Assembly (NCBI GenBank): GCA_051658085.1
Contig: JBOFLX010000030.1
Location: 32,952 to 96,951, forward strand
Source: Waterburya sp.
GTDB taxonomy: Bacteria > Cyanobacteriota > Cyanobacteriia > Cyanobacteriales > Xenococcaceae
Length of the DNA: 64,000 bases
Reading direction: 5' to 3'
In this document: in pieces, positions 49,919 through 60,960 of the stretch
Position numbering within the stretch: position 1 is the stretch's first letter
Layout: each line of letters begins with the position of its first letter
Notes under the pieces: model-generated
Seen by the model: the letters and a program-made list of their open reading frames with translations, nothing else
Told to the model about the DNA's origin: nothing
Database searches by the model: none
Translations under genes and position numbers: made by a program

Positions 49919-50563
49919 TTATCTACCCAAATTATGTAAAGAATTAATTACACTAGCACATTGATTAGTTATAGCCTGTAAGTCAGCTTTATTAGTAGAA
50001 ACAGGAGGTGGAATTACTTCCCCAATCCGAACAGTTACAGGTACTGAATTAGGAAAGGATGAACCCTTAGTTAAGATTTTTTCTGTTCCCCAGAGACTGA
50101 TTGGTAACAAGGGGACTTGAGTCTGAGCAGCAATCCAGGCTGCCCCTAGTTTTGGATCGGTGATTTTGCCATCAGCAGCACGAGTACCCTGCAAAAAAAC
50201 TGCTGCTACCCAACCAGATTTGATCGCTTTCATAGCTGTTTTGAGAGCAGTGCGATCGCCTGTACTGCGTTTGACGGGATATGCTCCATAAAGTCTAATC
50301 GCCTGGTTAAAGACGGGAATTTGAAATAATTCTTCTTTTGCCATAAAAGCGACAGGACGACCAACACAGTTGGAAAGAATTGGGGGATCAAAATAGCTAG
50401 CATGATTACTAACAGCAATTAAGCCACCTGTTTGAGGTACGTTTTCTGCTTCCAAGATTTTGACCCGAAAATAAGTATGTAGTGCAGGGCTAACCACTGA
50501 CCATTTCAACAGATGATATGATGCCCAACTAGCAAACGGTTCGCGATTTTTGCCTACCACCAA
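49919..50563 (-). CDS. plsC: 1-acyl-sn-glycerol-3-phosphate acyltransferase
   Basis: 214 aa; HASYFDPP (HxxxxD) and FLQGTR motifs. Confidence 0.7.
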   Translation of the reverse strand: MVVGKNREPFASWASYHLLKWSVVSPALHTYFRVKILEAENVPQTGGLIAVSNHASYFDPPILSNCVGRPVAFMAKEELFQIPVFNQAIRLYGAYPVKRSTGDRTALKTAMKAIKSGWVAAVFLQGTRAADGKITDPKLGAAWIAAQTQVPLLPISLWGTEKILTKGSSFPNSVPVTVRIGEVIPPPVSTNKADLQAITNQCASVINSLHNLGR

Positions 50564-50648
50564 CTTATCTCTACTAATAGCTCGTCAACTTTCTAATATA
50601 GCCTGTTAAGTATCGCAGAATGTTAACTTTCTACTTTCTACTTTTTTC

Positions 50649-51491
50649 TTATCCTGCATCTTTTGTCGCCTCAGTCTCTTTAATTCCCTTCATAAGTCGT
50701 TCCATAGTATCGCCAATTTGATCTTTATAAGTTGCTGGTGCAGCGATATAAGCTTTTTCTAGTAAAGGTTTGGCTGCTACCAAATCTCCTTGTTTTTCTA
50801 AGACGAGAGCTTTGGCTAAAATTGGACGAAAATCATCTTGATTGGTTTTAGCTAGTTGATCATAAAGAGAGATAGCTTCACTATAACGTTCTTGATTGGT
50901 ATACAGTTCTCCCAGTAATAGTTCTACAGATTCTTGATCTATAGAGTTGGTATTAGAATTGTCTGCTTGAGTTGCTAACTTAATCGTTCTTTTCAACAAA
51001 GCGATCGCTCGCTCTGGTAAATCTTGAATTAAATATAAATTAGTGATTCCTCCGAGAGCATAAATATCTCCAGGGTTAACAGCTAAAACTTGATTATAGG
51101 CTGCTGCTGCCCCTTCATAATCTGTTACCTGCTGTTTTGCTTGGGCAAGAAGGATAGTGTATTCTGTCTGTTCTGGGTGAAGTTTTGCTAATTTTTCTAA
51201 AGGAGCGATCGCTCCCTTGATGTCTTTCTGCTGTAGTCTTATTTTTAATAAACCATTTAAAGCAGTATCGTTGTTTGGCTCTCGTTCCAAAACTGTTTGA
51301 TAACCAGAGGCTTCCGCTTCTAGCTTAGTTAATTCTTGTTGCGATATTACCATCACTTCACTACCCGCGTTTTTAGCAAACTGTTGCCCTTCAACTACAC
51401 TTCCCACTAAAGGCAGAGCAGAAACAGTTATTAAGGAAAATAACATGATGCCCAAAACTAGATAAACCCAACTACTACGCTTATTGTTCAT
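50649..51491 (-). CDS. TPR-repeat protein with N-terminal membrane anchor
   Basis: 280 aa; repeated AxxxYxxAL/GxxxxA TPR-like helices. Confidence 0.6.
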   Translation of the reverse strand: MNNKRSSWVYLVLGIMLFSLITVSALPLVGSVVEGQQFAKNAGSEVMVISQQELTKLEAEASGYQTVLEREPNNDTALNGLLKIRLQQKDIKGAIAPLEKLAKLHPEQTEYTILLAQAKQQVTDYEGAAAAYNQVLAVNPGDIYALGGITNLYLIQDLPERAIALLKRTIKLATQADNSNTNSIDQESVELLLGELYTNQERYSEAISLYDQLAKTNQDDFRPILAKALVLEKQGDLVAAKPLLEKAYIAAPATYKDQIGDTMERLMKGIKETEATKDAG

Positions 51492-51728
51492 GCTTTTGTC
51501 ACCAAATATTATGATCAGCAGACTATACTTAACTTATTTTGTTTACTTGTGGTTATTGTGCCGATTCTAGTATCGTTTATCCTAGAGATGAAAGCCAATA
51601 GCTTGATGCTTATTTAAGCTAATTAAAAGCTGCGGTTTAACTGAAACTTTTATGAGAGTATAAAATATGATCTCTTGTAGAATTGAAACTCTCTTACATT
51701 TAGTAACGTGTTCGTTATCTAATGCCCT

Positions 51729-52547
51729 ATGAATTTGGCTAAAAATAACTCTCTAAAAAAACCAAATCAAGCTACTGCTGCCAACCAAACGACCGAGTCT
51801 ACCATGTCTAAACAATCTCCAGATTCTGTCTCATCTAATTTGGAAAGTCAATCTGTCCCCCCTAGACAACAACCAATTCCGCCTCCTTCCCATCCTCGAC
51901 AATATCGCGCTATTGGCTTAATTCGAGCTAAGTATCAAAAAAGTGACGAACAGATGACTCAAGGAACTTTAATAACTGCTGACGGAGCAGAAATTGAAGC
52001 CGTTTTACTTGGTCGGATCATTAGTTTAATTAAAAATCATCTCGATCTTGAAAAAGAGCATCTTTGGGTAGTTTATCCTCGCACTAAGATGAATAGCGAT
52101 CGCCTGCACGTTCAAATCGTTGGGGTTTGGGAACCAGAGACTTTAAGTCAAGACTCTGATGGAGAAGAAATGTCTGGCGACGAAGCCGAACACGGTTATT
52201 TTTCTATTAGAGGTGAAGTAATTTTTTACTCTACAGAAGAAAAACACGTCATTGTCAAAATTAAGCAGTTTCCCCGTAAAACTGGCGATAAACCCAAATT
52301 TTTTAAGCTTAAGTTACAGGGGCTTCCAGGAGAAAAACCTCTCAAACGTTTTTGGGATTTAAAAGTTCGTTTAACAGGAGAAAATTTAATCATTGAAGAG
52401 TCAACAGATTTGGGATTTGCTCAAAAACGTAAACCAAAATTTAAACCAGATCGCAAAAAGATTCAGCTAAAATCTTCGCGAACTACTAATAAACCCAGCC
52501 CGACTAAACGCCCAGTTATAACAAAAAAGCCAAAAACTGAAAGTTAA
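51729..52547 (+). CDS. hypothetical protein with K/P-rich basic tail
   Basis: 272 aa ORF; start may be internal Met (MSKQSPD). Confidence 0.35.
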   Translation: MNLAKNNSLKKPNQATAANQTTESTMSKQSPDSVSSNLESQSVPPRQQPIPPPSHPRQYRAIGLIRAKYQKSDEQMTQGTLITADGAEIEAVLLGRIISLIKNHLDLEKEHLWVVYPRTKMNSDRLHVQIVGVWEPETLSQDSDGEEMSGDEAEHGYFSIRGEVIFYSTEEKHVIVKIKQFPRKTGDKPKFFKLKLQGLPGEKPLKRFWDLKVRLTGENLIIEESTDLGFAQKRKPKFKPDRKKIQLKSSRTTNKPSPTKRPVITKKPKTES

Positions 52548-52567
52548 AAATTGATAATAACTGTTAT

Positions 52568-53773
52568 TTATTCTAGGGAGATAATCGATCTATTATTATC
52601 TTGAGGAATAAAAGTGCGATCGCTTGGTAAGGAAGCTACAGGTTCAGTGAGAGTAAATTTACCCTCCGTTATCCATTGCTTTAATTCTTGAGCTATCAAA
52701 CGTGAGCGATATTTACTGGCGAGGGGGGCAACTTTCACTGACTGACCATCAATAGTCATGCTGCCTTTTTGTAGCTGTTCGTAGCTAACCAAGCCAAAGG
52801 TAGGGCGTACTCGTCGTGGAATGGAAAAATCAATTACGGGAGCAACAATATTTTGCTCTCCCACAGAACATTTGGCAATAACTTTTTCTGTTAAAACTGG
52901 TAATGCGACTCCTACCCCTAGCATCAGAGAAGGGCCATAGTTTTTGAAATAACAACCTCTCACCCAGGTAGAATTCATTTGTTTAGCATCGCCAATTAAT
53001 GCCACTGTCGCAGCAGGGCCTATAGGAGTACGATTAGGGAGACGTTTTTGTAAGGGAAAATGCTGTGTACCTTCCCAAGCAATATAGCCAATTCCACCAC
53101 CTAAAAAGATTTTGCTACCAATACCCACTAAGTTGAGATCAGGATCATTGAGTAGAGGCGAAATTGCTCCAGGATTAGAATAGACTGCATTACCTAGTCG
53201 CGGTTGTAAAGGGCCTAGATATGTATATAAAGTGCGATCGCCACCGTTAACGCCAACAATAAAATTTTGATAAAGATTACGAGGATTAAATAGATAAAAT
53301 TGATTGATATTATCTTTAGTAATCGTATTTTCCCACGCTGCTCTAGGATAACAATCTGTTTTCTGTCCAGTCGCCTTTAAATGAATAGATTTACCTGCAA
53401 TTAAATCGGCAATAACATGACCACCACCTCTTTCCCAGCCGACTCCTTCTCTTAGATTAGGATCGGTTTCATTGGGATTGTAATCCGCCATCGCTGTTGC
53501 CCCTAAATAAAGGTCTACCGCTCCAAAGCCTGCATAAGCGGATATACCATCGAGCCAACACTGACGTATTTTGATTGGGGGATCGGTATGTCCCAGATTA
53601 ATAATTGCCCCAGAAGATTCCATCGGCTCAAATGTCCCTGTCGTAACGACATCTACCTGCTCAAAAACTTTAGACACTCCAAGTTTAGCTACCTTGGCTT
53701 TGACTTCCTCCACTGTCCAAGCAACTACTTGACCACGATTAATTTTGTCGTTAATTTCCGCAATTGTTCGCAT
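52568..53773 (-). CDS. DUF39-family protein (annotated elsewhere as homocysteine biosynthesis/sulfur-incorporation enzyme)
   Basis: 401 aa; recollection of DUF39 (COG1900) core; uncertain. Confidence 0.35.
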   Translation of the reverse strand: MRTIAEINDKINRGQVVAWTVEEVKAKVAKLGVSKVFEQVDVVTTGTFEPMESSGAIINLGHTDPPIKIRQCWLDGISAYAGFGAVDLYLGATAMADYNPNETDPNLREGVGWERGGGHVIADLIAGKSIHLKATGQKTDCYPRAAWENTITKDNINQFYLFNPRNLYQNFIVGVNGGDRTLYTYLGPLQPRLGNAVYSNPGAISPLLNDPDLNLVGIGSKIFLGGGIGYIAWEGTQHFPLQKRLPNRTPIGPAATVALIGDAKQMNSTWVRGCYFKNYGPSLMLGVGVALPVLTEKVIAKCSVGEQNIVAPVIDFSIPRRVRPTFGLVSYEQLQKGSMTIDGQSVKVAPLASKYRSRLIAQELKQWITEGKFTLTEPVASLPSDRTFIPQDNNRSIISLE

Positions 53774-53782
53774 GAGCCATTA

Positions 53783-53848
53783 AATAGGAAGTAGAAAGTA
53801 GAAAGTAGGAAGTAGCAAAAAAGGTAGTGGGTAGTAGGTAGTAGGTAA
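53783..53848. repeat. STRR-like array (GAAGTAG units followed by GGTAGTA units)
   Basis: seen directly; same unit families as arrays at 22586, 43933 and 49771. Confidence 0.6.
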
Positions 53849-53913
53849 GAAATAGAAAATATGGAACAATTACTAAATATCATATAGTCTTCATTCTGAC
53901 TTTTGACTTTTGA

Positions 53914-55005
53914 CTATTCTTCCTCTAATTTTCCTACTTCTCTAATTTTTTTAGACTTGTGATGTTGTTGATGTCCGATAAAAGCATAATTCCAATTATC
54001 CAAAACATCTTTAACAATTACTTCTTTAAACCAAATTTGACCAACGACGGTTAGAGGTAAGGAAAGTAGCAAGCCTAAAAAACCAAAGAAAGTAGCAAAA
54101 AACAATTGAGATAATAAAGTGATGGCAGGTAATAAAGATACCTGTTGTGCCATGACGATAGGAGTTAAAACATTGCTTTCAAGTTGTTGAATAATTATAT
54201 ATAAGATTAAGACAAATATAGATTTCCAAGGAGCTTCAATTAAAGCGATCGCCATAGGTGACAATACACTTAAAGTTGGGCCAATATTGGGAATAAAAGT
54301 TAAGACTCCTGCTAACATTGCCTGAGACAAAGCTAAAGGAATACCCAAAATTAATAACCCAACAAAACTGAAGACGGCAATCACCACCATGTTGAATAAA
54401 ATTCCGACTAACCAGCCTTCTAAACCTTCAGTACACAAATTTAGGATTTCATTGACTCTGCGTCGATAAAAGGCAGGAAACAAACGGATAAAGCCCTGAC
54501 GATAGGTAATTGGATCAGCCAACAACATCAGAGTAATCGCCAGCAATAAGAAAACACTAAGTAATACTCCCAAAGAGTTATAAAAAACCGTTAAACCTCC
54601 CCCTAAAAACTGCCGAATTAAGGGTTGTATTTGTCTATTTAATTCTTCAGCGTTAGGTAAAAAATCGATAATTCTAGGATCAAGACGCTCTGATAATAGC
54701 TCTAACCATGTATCTAATTTTTCTATTCCTTGAGGAACTAATTTACCCAAAGCTTGAAACTGGTCGATAAATGGAGGCACAACAATCCAGATACATCCTA
54801 TCGCTACGAGAATGAGAGATAACATTGATAAAAGGACAGCGTAACCTCTCTTCATCCCTCGCTTTTGAAAGCTTTTAACCAGAATATTGAGGGAAGTGGC
54901 TATAACAATAGCAGTGAAAACTAATAATAGTATCTGTTTAATCTGCCATAAAACATACAGAGAAATAAAAAAAGCAATTAGACCAATCCAAGTACCAAAA
55001 TTCAC
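53914..55005 (-). CDS. AI-2E family transporter (PerM/UPF0118)
   Basis: 363 aa, 8 TM; typical AI-2E topology with long loop after TM2. Confidence 0.7.
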   Translation of the reverse strand: MNFGTWIGLIAFFISLYVLWQIKQILLLVFTAIVIATSLNILVKSFQKRGMKRGYAVLLSMLSLILVAIGCIWIVVPPFIDQFQALGKLVPQGIEKLDTWLELLSERLDPRIIDFLPNAEELNRQIQPLIRQFLGGGLTVFYNSLGVLLSVFLLLAITLMLLADPITYRQGFIRLFPAFYRRRVNEILNLCTEGLEGWLVGILFNMVVIAVFSFVGLLILGIPLALSQAMLAGVLTFIPNIGPTLSVLSPMAIALIEAPWKSIFVLILYIIIQQLESNVLTPIVMAQQVSLLPAITLLSQLFFATFFGFLGLLLSLPLTVVGQIWFKEVIVKDVLDNWNYAFIGHQQHHKSKKIREVGKLEEE

Positions 55006-55162
55006 CTTAAAAACCTCCTGGAAAGGGAGATGATAGATACACAGTTGGTCTATAGGTTAACCTGCTTTATTGGTTTTGTGGCTTGATTTTATTGATTGTT
55101 AATCGAAGAGAATTCGGCGGAGTGTCAAAAGACTGGTTGTTCACCATTGTTTTCTCTAGTTT

Positions 55163-57517
55163 CTACTTTCTACTTTTTACTTTAATTGCAAATGCTTGAA
55201 AATCTCGCTCAATCCCTTTCAGCCTAAAAGTTTCTCCTTCTCCCCAGTTAGTATTGCCCAAGCAATTAGCCACGGTGTCGGAAATTAGAATACTATTAGG
55301 TTCAGCAACGCTTTGTAACCGGGAGGCAATATTTACCACTGTACCCACTGCTGTATAGTCTTTTCTTTGTCCACCCCCAAACATTCCCACTACCGCTTTA
55401 CCCTGATGGATACCACAACGCATTTCTAAAGGGGGAATCTGCTGTTCGGTTTTTGAGGCTTTAGCCTGCCAGCGTTCATTGAGTTTTTGTAAATAATAAT
55501 GCATAGTTCTAGCAGTAGCGATCGCTCTTCTTGCCTGTTCGGGACAAGATAAGGATTCTGGTGCGCCAAACATCGCCATAACTCCATCCCCCATAAATTT
55601 GTCTACTGTTCCCCCCAGATCGAATACTGCTTTAGTCATCGCCTCTAGATATTCATTGAGTATTTCTGCTAGGAGTAGCACTTCTAACTGACTAGATAAA
55701 TTAGTAAAGCCAACTAAATCACAGAATAAAACTGTCACCCGACGTGGTTCAGGGGTTAAATCTAAGGAGAGTTTACCTTTAGCAGCTTTATTGACAATTG
55801 ATTCGGGTAAAAACCGTTTTAAAATTGACTCAGTTAAATAATTATTGAGTTCTCTAACTTTTTGCTCTTTATTCTGAAGTAATTCTGCTTGTTTTTTGGT
55901 GGTTTCGTAGAGTTTTGCCTGTTGAACGGCGATCGCAGCTTGGGCAGCTACAGCTTCAGCTAATTCGATTTCTGATTGATTCCAATCACGAGCAGCATCG
56001 GATTGTCTGAGGGTAATACTGCCAATGATTTCCGCCTCGACAATTAGAGGCACAATCAATAAAGCTCTAGCTTTGGAATGCCAAGGAAGCTCATAACGAG
56101 CCAGATTTTGTTGTTTTTCTAAATCGCTAGAACGGACTGTTTTTTTAGTATATAAAAGTGCTTGTAAAATTGGATTAGCAGCAATGGGAACAGTCGATCT
56201 AGTAGCCTGTTGCCAGTCAGAAGAATCAAGAATAATTTTTTGGGGTTCATGGGGGTTATATAAACCGACACATTTAACCAAGCGATCGCTTTTTGTCCAT
56301 AGAGACAGCGTACAACCATCTACCCCTAATGCTTCTCCTAGTTCTTTGGCAATGGCAGCAAACATCACTGGCGGTTCTAAACTAGAGCGAATTGTGGCAG
56401 TAATACGGTTAATGGTAGTTTCTCTCTGGGCTAATTCTTTAACCTGTTGATAAATCAAAACCTGAGAAATTGCGATCGCAGCTTGAGCGGCGACAGCTTC
56501 AGCTAATTCAATTTCTGACTGACTCCAATTACGAGCAGCATCGGATTGTCTAAGGGTAATACTACCAATGATTTCCGCCTCGACAATTAGGGGAACAATT
56601 AATAAAGCTCTGGCTTTGGAATGCCAAGGAAGCTCATAACGAGCCAGATTTTGTTGTTTTTCTAAATCATTAGAACAAACGGTTTTTTTTGTATATAAAA
56701 GTGCCTGTAAAATTGGATTTTTGGCAATGGGTACAGCCGAACTAGTAGCCTGTTGCCAGTCAGGAAAATCGGGAATAATCTTTTGGGGTTCATGGGGGTT
56801 ATATAAACCAACACATTTAACAAAGCGATCGCTTTTTGTCCATAGAGACAGCGTACAGCCATCTACTTTTAACGCTTCTCCTAATTCCTTGGCAATGGCA
56901 GCAAACATCACTGGTGGTTCTAAACTAGAGCGAATTGTGGCAGTAATGCGGTTAATGGTAGTTTCCCTTTGGGCTAACTCTCGTAACTTTTCTCCTGCTA
57001 ACATTTGCGAGATGAACAAACTTGCCTGAGTTGCCATCATTTTGATTGCTGCTATTTCTTGTTCCTGCCAACAATCAAATTCTTGGAGTCGATGTAAAGT
57101 TAAGGAAGCTAATAAATTAGGCTGAGAAAACAAGAGAATTGCAATAGTCGAGTCAATATTAACTGACAAACAAGCTTGATAGCCTAAACATTGTCTGGTT
57201 AATGCTTCTGCCTCGTACTGATGAACAATTACTATTTCCTCCAATAATAGTTCTGAATGGGATATAACTGTTGACTTCAATAATTCCTGACTCAGTGGTG
57301 TAATCTTAGGATTAATTTCTTGATAGAAAAAAAACTGTTCGCTGTTAGTCGCTAATTGACTAAAATGTAATATGGCAATGTCGATATTGGGCAATTGACC
57401 AACTGTGTTGACAATGGCTTGAGCTACTTGCTTCCAAGATAAATTATTTAATAATTGAATACATTCATAATTCATATGGGAGCAGAAATCCAACTGAAAT
57501 TTACAAGGGAAAACCAA
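55163..57517 (-). CDS. class III adenylate/guanylate cyclase with tandem GAF domains
   Basis: 784 aa; C-terminal VTVLFCDLVGFTNL...FMGDGVMAMFGAP cyclase homology domain; two ~181-aa GAF units nearly identical. Confidence 0.75.
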   Translation of the reverse strand: MVFPCKFQLDFCSHMNYECIQLLNNLSWKQVAQAIVNTVGQLPNIDIAILHFSQLATNSEQFFFYQEINPKITPLSQELLKSTVISHSELLLEEIVIVHQYEAEALTRQCLGYQACLSVNIDSTIAILLFSQPNLLASLTLHRLQEFDCWQEQEIAAIKMMATQASLFISQMLAGEKLRELAQRETTINRITATIRSSLEPPVMFAAIAKELGEALKVDGCTLSLWTKSDRFVKCVGLYNPHEPQKIIPDFPDWQQATSSAVPIAKNPILQALLYTKKTVCSNDLEKQQNLARYELPWHSKARALLIVPLIVEAEIIGSITLRQSDAARNWSQSEIELAEAVAAQAAIAISQVLIYQQVKELAQRETTINRITATIRSSLEPPVMFAAIAKELGEALGVDGCTLSLWTKSDRLVKCVGLYNPHEPQKIILDSSDWQQATRSTVPIAANPILQALLYTKKTVRSSDLEKQQNLARYELPWHSKARALLIVPLIVEAEIIGSITLRQSDAARDWNQSEIELAEAVAAQAAIAVQQAKLYETTKKQAELLQNKEQKVRELNNYLTESILKRFLPESIVNKAAKGKLSLDLTPEPRRVTVLFCDLVGFTNLSSQLEVLLLAEILNEYLEAMTKAVFDLGGTVDKFMGDGVMAMFGAPESLSCPEQARRAIATARTMHYYLQKLNERWQAKASKTEQQIPPLEMRCGIHQGKAVVGMFGGGQRKDYTAVGTVVNIASRLQSVAEPNSILISDTVANCLGNTNWGEGETFRLKGIERDFQAFAIKVKSRK
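55929..57014 (-). repeat. intragenic tandem duplication, 2 x 543 bp (~95 percent identical), encoding GAF domains
   Basis: unit boundaries at 55929 and 56472 (gcgatcgcagcttg...). Confidence 0.8.
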
Positions 57518-57630
57518 CCAACATCATCAATATTGAGGTTAAAACCTCAAAAAAGTTATCGGCATATTAATTATTGTTCCCTAATCCCACAGCAAAAAAT
57601 GCACTACTTGGAATCCGTAATTACAATTAA

Positions 57631-58272
57631 GTGAGAAAAGCTGAGTTTATTTCTTGTTTAATGACTCTCAAATCTTTTGATAATAATGTCGATCATAATT
57701 TACAGGTAATCATCCATCCTGCTGGGATCGAAGATACACGAGCAATTAGCTCAGTTTTAGCTAAAAGTTTTTATAACTTTCCAGAATTTGCCAGTTGGAT
57801 TTATCCCTTTTTACAATTTACTATTAATGAAGATTTACGTTATCGTTTACGCTCTCATTCACCAGTTTACTGTTGTCTTGTAGCCAAATTAGCTCAGACA
57901 AATAATCAAAATTCAATCATAAAAACTGAGCAGAGTTCCAATTTTATTGTTGTAGGGACAGTTGAAGTAACTTTACGTTCTCCTTCTTTATGGTCTACTC
58001 ATCTACAATATCCTTACATCTCCAATCTAGCAGTTAAAAAAGATTATCGTCGTCTAGGGATTGGGAGTCAACTTTTAGCTAGATGTGAACAAATTGCTTT
58101 AGATTGGGGTTATCAAGAAACTCGTCTGCACGTATTAGATGACAATAACTCTGCTAAACAACTATATAAAAATAATGGCTATCAAATTTCACGTACAGAA
58201 GCAAACTGGGGAAATGTATGGTTTGATTATTCACCTCGTTTACTATTAAAAAAACGGATTTCAGAAAATTAA
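57631..58272 (+). CDS. GNAT-family N-acetyltransferase
   Basis: 213 aa; acetyl-CoA motif A RRLGIGSQLL. Confidence 0.7.
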   Translation: MRKAEFISCLMTLKSFDNNVDHNLQVIIHPAGIEDTRAISSVLAKSFYNFPEFASWIYPFLQFTINEDLRYRLRSHSPVYCCLVAKLAQTNNQNSIIKTEQSSNFIVVGTVEVTLRSPSLWSTHLQYPYISNLAVKKDYRRLGIGSQLLARCEQIALDWGYQETRLHVLDDNNSAKQLYKNNGYQISRTEANWGNVWFDYSPRLLLKKRISEN

Positions 58273-58296
58273 AATTTTAGTGTTCGTTTTAAAATT

Positions 58297-58812
58297 ATGA
58301 TGCTAAGTTTAAGATTATCTGCTAAGGTTTTAGGCTTGGGTAATGGTATTCAAAGAGTGAACGAGCAAAATACTGACCATACATTTTCAATTCATGAGCT
58401 TCTATCCAGGTTAAAAGCACAGGAATTATTAATAGTTAATCCGCGTCGTAAAAATGGTTTGATAGTCTATAAAAAATATCATGCTGAGTTTGTTGGACCT
58501 GGGGCAATTGTCGGCGGTCATTTTGATACCGATGCGGTAAATTTAATCTCCGTTGGCAATATATCTCTAGTCACACCTCAAAACTCTGAAGAAAGAAAAC
58601 AAGCTTACAAAATGCGGAGACAATGGGTAAGACTAACTAAACAAATTATTGATAATCCTGAACCAACTGCAAGAGCGCAGGTTATTTTAAATCAATTTGA
58701 ACACTGGTTTGACGTAGAGACTGTGGCAAATATGCCTGACGAAGCTTTTGCTCTTTTAGTGGGAGTTTTACCACAAACAATTCGTAAAGTACGCAATATT
58801 GAATTGCTTTAA
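58297..58812 (+). CDS. hypothetical protein
   Basis: 171 aa ORF. Confidence 0.3.
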   Translation: MMLSLRLSAKVLGLGNGIQRVNEQNTDHTFSIHELLSRLKAQELLIVNPRRKNGLIVYKKYHAEFVGPGAIVGGHFDTDAVNLISVGNISLVTPQNSEERKQAYKMRRQWVRLTKQIIDNPEPTARAQVILNQFEHWFDVETVANMPDEAFALLVGVLPQTIRKVRNIELL

Positions 58813-58957
58813 ACATTAGTTAATAGTTAATATCAGTATGATGAAATAATTACGAAATTCATAAAAAGATAAGATTTTGTAATCTAAATTACAAATGCGA
58901 TCGCGTTTTTCTTGCAAACTTAGCCTAAGTTTCGAGGTAAATAAGCTTAGACTATAG

Positions 58958-60091
58958 ATGAGAAACTCAAAATTATCTTTTATTTTTCATTTGCTACCCA
59001 TAGTTATTCTGTCTGGTTTGATCTTTTCAACCATACCAAATGTTTATTCTCAAACTTCTGAAAGTGAAACAATCAGACAGTATTTAATTCGATCTACACC
59101 CGAAAATGTAATTTGGGGTAAATTGTTTACCGCCGATAGCCAACCAATCTTAACTGTTAAATCTGGAGAGATTGTCACCATTGAAACTATATCTCACGAA
59201 GGTATTTTAGATGATCAAGGAGATACGGTAGAGTTCTTTACCCAGGCAGGAATTGACAAAGCGGATATCTTACGAGATCAACTAGTAGTCAAAGAACAAA
59301 TTAAAAGAACTGCACCAGGCCCTCACGTAATTACAGGCCCAGTTTATATTGAGGATGCTCAACCAGGAGATGTTTTAGAAATTCAGACGGTTAGCATCGA
59401 TTATCGAGTTCCTTATGGGGTAATTTCTAATCGTCATAGTAAAGGCGCATTACCTGGAGAATATCCTCTGAACAATGCTGAAATATATACCAAAGTTATT
59501 CCTCTCGACACCAAGCAAAATATTGGCATTTTTCGTCCTGCTAATGGTAGACCAAATATCGCTCTTCCTCTCAAGCCGTTTATGGGTATTATGGGAGTAG
59601 CTCCTGTTAATCCAGAAGAAGCTGTTAATTCGGTTCCTCCAGGTAATTATGGCGGTAATATAGATATCAAACATTTAACTGCTGGTTCGAGTTTATATCT
59701 CCCAGTGCAAGTTCCTGGGGCATTATTTTATACAGGCGATCCTCATTGCGCTCAGGGTAATGGCGAAGTAGCTTTGACAGCGATTGAATGTTCTTTAACT
59801 CCGACCTTTAAATTAATCGTCCACAAAAACCAACAATTAGAATCGCCAATGGCAGAAAACTCCGAAGCTTGGCTAGCAATTGGACTCGATAAAGATTTAG
59901 ATGAGGCAATGAAAAAAGCGGTGCGTGAATCTTTACGAATTGTGGAAGAGGAATATGGTTTGACCAAACAAGATGCTTTATTATTTGGTAGTGCTGCTAT
60001 TGATTATGAAGTTTCTCAGGTTGTGGATATAGTCAAAGGCATTCACGGAGTCATACCAAAAGATATCTTGCAACCGTTAGAATTACAATAA
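58958..60091 (+). CDS. acetamidase/formamidase (FmdA_AmdA) family protein, secreted
   Basis: 377 aa; signal peptide; TGPVYIEDAQPGDVL and FYTGDPHCAQGNGEV motifs. Confidence 0.7.
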   Translation: MRNSKLSFIFHLLPIVILSGLIFSTIPNVYSQTSESETIRQYLIRSTPENVIWGKLFTADSQPILTVKSGEIVTIETISHEGILDDQGDTVEFFTQAGIDKADILRDQLVVKEQIKRTAPGPHVITGPVYIEDAQPGDVLEIQTVSIDYRVPYGVISNRHSKGALPGEYPLNNAEIYTKVIPLDTKQNIGIFRPANGRPNIALPLKPFMGIMGVAPVNPEEAVNSVPPGNYGGNIDIKHLTAGSSLYLPVQVPGALFYTGDPHCAQGNGEVALTAIECSLTPTFKLIVHKNQQLESPMAENSEAWLAIGLDKDLDEAMKKAVRESLRIVEEEYGLTKQDALLFGSAAIDYEVSQVVDIVKGIHGVIPKDILQPLELQ

Positions 60092-60114
60092 GCATTATTT
60101 TAAACCATAGTTAA

Positions 60115-60960
60115 TTGTCAATTCTCTTGCATTTACAAAAAATAGCTCAGTTAACATTACCAGTAAGATTATTGATTTTTATTGGTGTTTTGTTAGTTTG
60201 TTGGTTACCATTAGCAATTCCTCTCTATTTATTATTACGGCACGATAGTAACCTAAGCAACATTGTAACTATGGCTTTGTTGTTTGCAGAATTACTATTA
60301 TTGTGGCGATTTTGGGGCAAATTTGTTTATGGTAAATCAAATATTTTTACTCACTATGGTTTAGTTCGCAGTAAGAAAAATAACAGAGAATTGCTTAAAG
60401 GTTTAGCAATTGGATTTTGGTTTTGTTTAAGTTTATTTATTGTTGAAGCTTTACTAGGTTGGGTTGAGGTTATTTCTCCTACGATTAGCTTACTTAGGAT
60501 TTTGACAGAAGGCTTACTTAGTGCTTTGGGAATTGCACTTGCTGAAGAATTAATATTTCGTGGTTGGTTACTAGAAGAGTTACAGCAAGATTATAGTAGA
60601 AAAACGAGTCTTGGGATTGGGGCAATTATTTTTGCTTTAGCTCATTTTCTCAAACCTATTGAAGAAATAATTCGGACGGCAGTAACCTTTCCAGCCTTAA
60701 TTTTACTAGGGATAATATTAATTTTAGCCAAATATCAACATGGCGATCGCCTGGGTATCTGTATTGGGATTCACGCAGGTTTAGTCTGGGGCTACTATAT
60801 TGTTAATGTTGGTGAATTAATTCAATATACTAAGCAAGTTCCCGTTTGGGTTACAGGGATTGATAATAATCCCATCGCTGGCGTAATGGGATTAATCTTT
60901 TTAACTGGCTTAATGAGTTTTAATTGCTTTAATTCTGACAAAAGAAATTATTTTAGCTAG
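60115..60960 (+). CDS. CPBP (CAAX-protease/Abi) family intramembrane metalloprotease
   Basis: 281 aa; EELIFRGWL (motif 1) and FALAHF (motif 2). Confidence 0.75.
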   Translation: MSILLHLQKIAQLTLPVRLLIFIGVLLVCWLPLAIPLYLLLRHDSNLSNIVTMALLFAELLLLWRFWGKFVYGKSNIFTHYGLVRSKKNNRELLKGLAIGFWFCLSLFIVEALLGWVEVISPTISLLRILTEGLLSALGIALAEELIFRGWLLEELQQDYSRKTSLGIGAIIFALAHFLKPIEEIIRTAVTFPALILLGIILILAKYQHGDRLGICIGIHAGLVWGYYIVNVGELIQYTKQVPVWVTGIDNNPIAGVMGLIFLTGLMSFNCFNSDKRNYFS

